14,488 nucleotides of DNA, taken from IMG/VR virus record IMGVR_UViG_3300028883_000184; one strand, 5' to 3'. Positions 13,509 through 14,488 of this stretch are shown here, one piece after another. The position numbers and the translations under genes are program-made. The notes beneath the pieces were generated by a model. It did not search any database. It had not been told where the DNA came from and was given only the letters and a program-made list of their open reading frames with translations. The stretch comes from a virus. The number at the start of each line of letters is the position of its first letter. Position 1 is the first letter of the stretch.

Positions 13509-13679
13509 TTATAGGTTGCGTAGATGATCCAAGAATTCTTTTTTGTTAGTGAAAGCTTTCACCTGGCCAGTTTTGTATTGTTCGATTCCACGCTTCAGCC
13601 CCTCCTCGAACTCCGTCACCCTTGCATCGCCTTTATCCACATAATTGGCCTTGACCGGGTGAACCTTTGCACTCGCCAT
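13509..13679 (-). CDS. Unlisted 56-aa ORF, candidate antitoxin of the RelE-like toxin
   Basis: Hand translation: MASAKVHPVKANYVDKGDARVTEFEEGLKRGIEQYKTGQVKAFTNKKEFLDHLRNL. GAGGT lies 8 nt upstream of the ATG at 13679. It ends 20 nt before the toxin ATG. The plus-strand 75-aa ORF at 13524..13751 is its antisense shadow. Confidence 0.6.
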   Translation of the reverse strand: MASAKVHPVKANYVDKGDARVTEFEEGLKRGIEQYKTGQVKAFTNKKEFLDHLRNL

Positions 13680-13761
13680 GGTAAATACCTCAAATCTAAA
13701 CGTCGTTCTTTGGGGATATATATCTTTTCACAAATGCCAATAATATCTTGATTTTATTCGA

Positions 13762-14265
13762 CTAACAACTTGTCGATCTATTCTCCATTAGGTCAAAGGT
13801 ATAACGCCGCGCCCTTTCCCCGTCCCGTCTTACGTTCTTAGCTTCGAGTCCCTCTGCTTTCATCAACCGTCCGAGTGGTCTACTTTCCATCCCAACAGCT
13901 TCTGCAATCACCGAAACGGGGGGTTCTATGCCTTTGCTGTGGAAGTCTTGGATCATTTTGATCGCCTTTTCGACGACGCTTTTGTCTGTCTTAGGTAAGG
14001 CCTTTCGTCGTGTCTTCTGTAAGGGTGTCTTCTGTAAGGATGTGTCTTTAGTTCTTACAGAAGACTTTTCTTTGTCTTCTGTAAGGCTTGCTGGAAGGTT
14101 TTTCCCGATGTACTTTTTCCTGGTTTTGCCACCTTCCCACCAGTAAGCATACCAATAAGGGCCATGGCCTGCGCCCGTTGCGCATTTCTTGCATCGCTCT
14201 TTTCCACAGAAGCTAAACTCCTTCTTGTATAGCCGCCCTGTCGCGGGATCTTTGAGCGAGTCCAT
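13762..14265 (-). CDS. Zinc-ribbon-like N-domain plus C-terminal wHTH protein, candidate iteron-binding initiator/regulator
   Basis: 167 aa. FCGKERCKKCATGAGHGPYWYAYWWEGGKTRKKYIGK is a CxxC...HGPYWY...K-YIG motif that I recall from an uncharacterised family (possibly DUF6788, to be confirmed). C-terminal VSVIAEAVGMESRPLGRLMKAEG ... RRDGERARRYTF is wHTH-like. The gene lies next to the iteron array and contains inverted iteron copies. Confidence 0.8.
   Translation of the reverse strand: MDSLKDPATGRLYKKEFSFCGKERCKKCATGAGHGPYWYAYWWEGGKTRKKYIGKNLPASLTEDKEKSSVRTKDTSLQKTPLQKTRRKALPKTDKSVVEKAIKMIQDFHSKGIEPPVSVIAEAVGMESRPLGRLMKAEGLEAKNVRRDGERARRYTFDLMENRSTSC
14012..14085. repeat. Iteron core copies inside the 167-aa coding sequence
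   Basis: GTCTTCTGTAAGG at 14012..14024 and 14027..14039 (15-nt spacing, inverted relative to the terminal array). CTTACAGAAGAC at 14054..14065 faces GTCTTCTGTAAG at 14074..14085, a perfect 12-bp inverted repeat with an 8-nt spacer. Confidence 0.9.
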
Positions 14266-14270
14266 AATTT

Positions 14271-14344
14271 GTCTTATGTAAGGAATGGTATATAGGATTT
14301 TCTTACATAAGACAAATTCCTTACATAAGATTCTTATGTAAGGA
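14271..14344 (-). promoter_or_regulatory. Promoter/operator of the 167-aa gene: variant iterons (CTTACATAAG) as inverted repeats around a TATA box
   Basis: GTCTTATGTAAG (14271..14282) and CTTACATAAGAC (14302..14313) are a perfect 12-bp inverted repeat bracketing TATATA (14289..14294). That box lies about 27 nt from the ATG at 14265. TCCTTACATAAGA-T-TCTTATGTAAGGA is a 27-bp palindrome at 14318..14344. Confidence 0.65.
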
Positions 14345-14361
14345 TTCGACGAGTTGCAAGT

Positions 14362-14488
14362 CTTACAGAAGACATCCTTACAGAAGACATCCTTACAGAA
14401 GACATCCTTACAGAAGACATCCTTACAGAAGACATCCTTACAGAAGACATCCTTACAGAAGACATCCTTACAGAAGACATCCTTACAG
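14362..14488. repeat. Perfect 15-bp tandem repeat GAAGACATCCTTACA: 6-nt partial plus 8 full copies plus 1 nt (right copy of the terminal redundancy)
   Basis: Read directly. 14368..14487 is 8 exact units in the same phase as 1..120. The window ends inside the array. Confidence 0.95.

Noticed and set aside
13096-13751. Plus-strand ORFs 13096..13383 (95 aa) and 13524..13751 (75 aa)
   Set aside because: They are antisense shadows of the RelE-like gene and of the 56-aa antitoxin candidate. Their products are hydrophobic and low-complexity, with no ribosome-binding site.
14354-14488. An ORF reading through the array (frame KTSLQ repeated), starting at a TTG at 14354 and, if the molecule is circular, ending at the TAG near 155..157
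   Set aside because: It has no ATG or ribosome-binding site. The openness of the frame is an automatic consequence of a stop-free 15-nt unit. The product would be pure low-complexity repeat. It is kept only as a remote possibility.

Overview
The first 121 nt (1..121) are identical to the last 121 nt (14368..14488). Both ends are perfect arrays of the 15-bp unit GAAGACATCCTTACA. The window therefore looks like one small, possibly complete element of about 14.37 kb if circular. The caveat is that the terminal identity consists only of tandem repeat.

The left half is a co-oriented minus-strand head and packaging operon (7278 -> 289). Its order is small wHTH, TerS, TerL, portal, scaffold, HK97/P22-type major capsid protein, a 120-aa protein, a connector-like protein and a Mu gpF/SPP1 gp7-like head morphogenesis protein. 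An oppositely oriented AT-rich cassette sits between the portal and scaffold genes. It encodes a TacT-like GNAT toxin and a 50-aa upstream ORF that is absent from the ORF track.

The right half (7.3-14.3 kb) carries small DNA-binding proteins:
- one RHH protein
- several wHTH proteins
- an unlisted 58-aa AbrB/SpoVT-like ORF
- a SWIM zinc-finger protein
- a zinc-ribbon + wHTH protein

It also carries a RelE/ParE-like toxin with an unlisted 56-aa antitoxin candidate, and an AT-rich cassette with an AbiGi-like abortive-infection family protein.

I could not find tail, lysis, integrase, polymerase, primase or helicase genes, nor any tRNA, rRNA or CRISPR array.

Non-coding structure is rich:
- Iteron-like arrays, whose core motif recurs in inverted orientation inside and upstream of the adjacent 167-aa gene.
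- A 54-bp inverted repeat flanking a 266-bp AT-rich spacer.
- A 22-bp element duplicated in front of both halves of the split structural operon.
- Operator-like palindrome clusters.

TATA-like boxes lie about 27 nt upstream of several first-gene ATGs, and internal genes have Shine-Dalgarno sites. This suggests an archaeal host, but that is inference. All functional calls rest on motif recognition from memory and on gene order, not on database searches.
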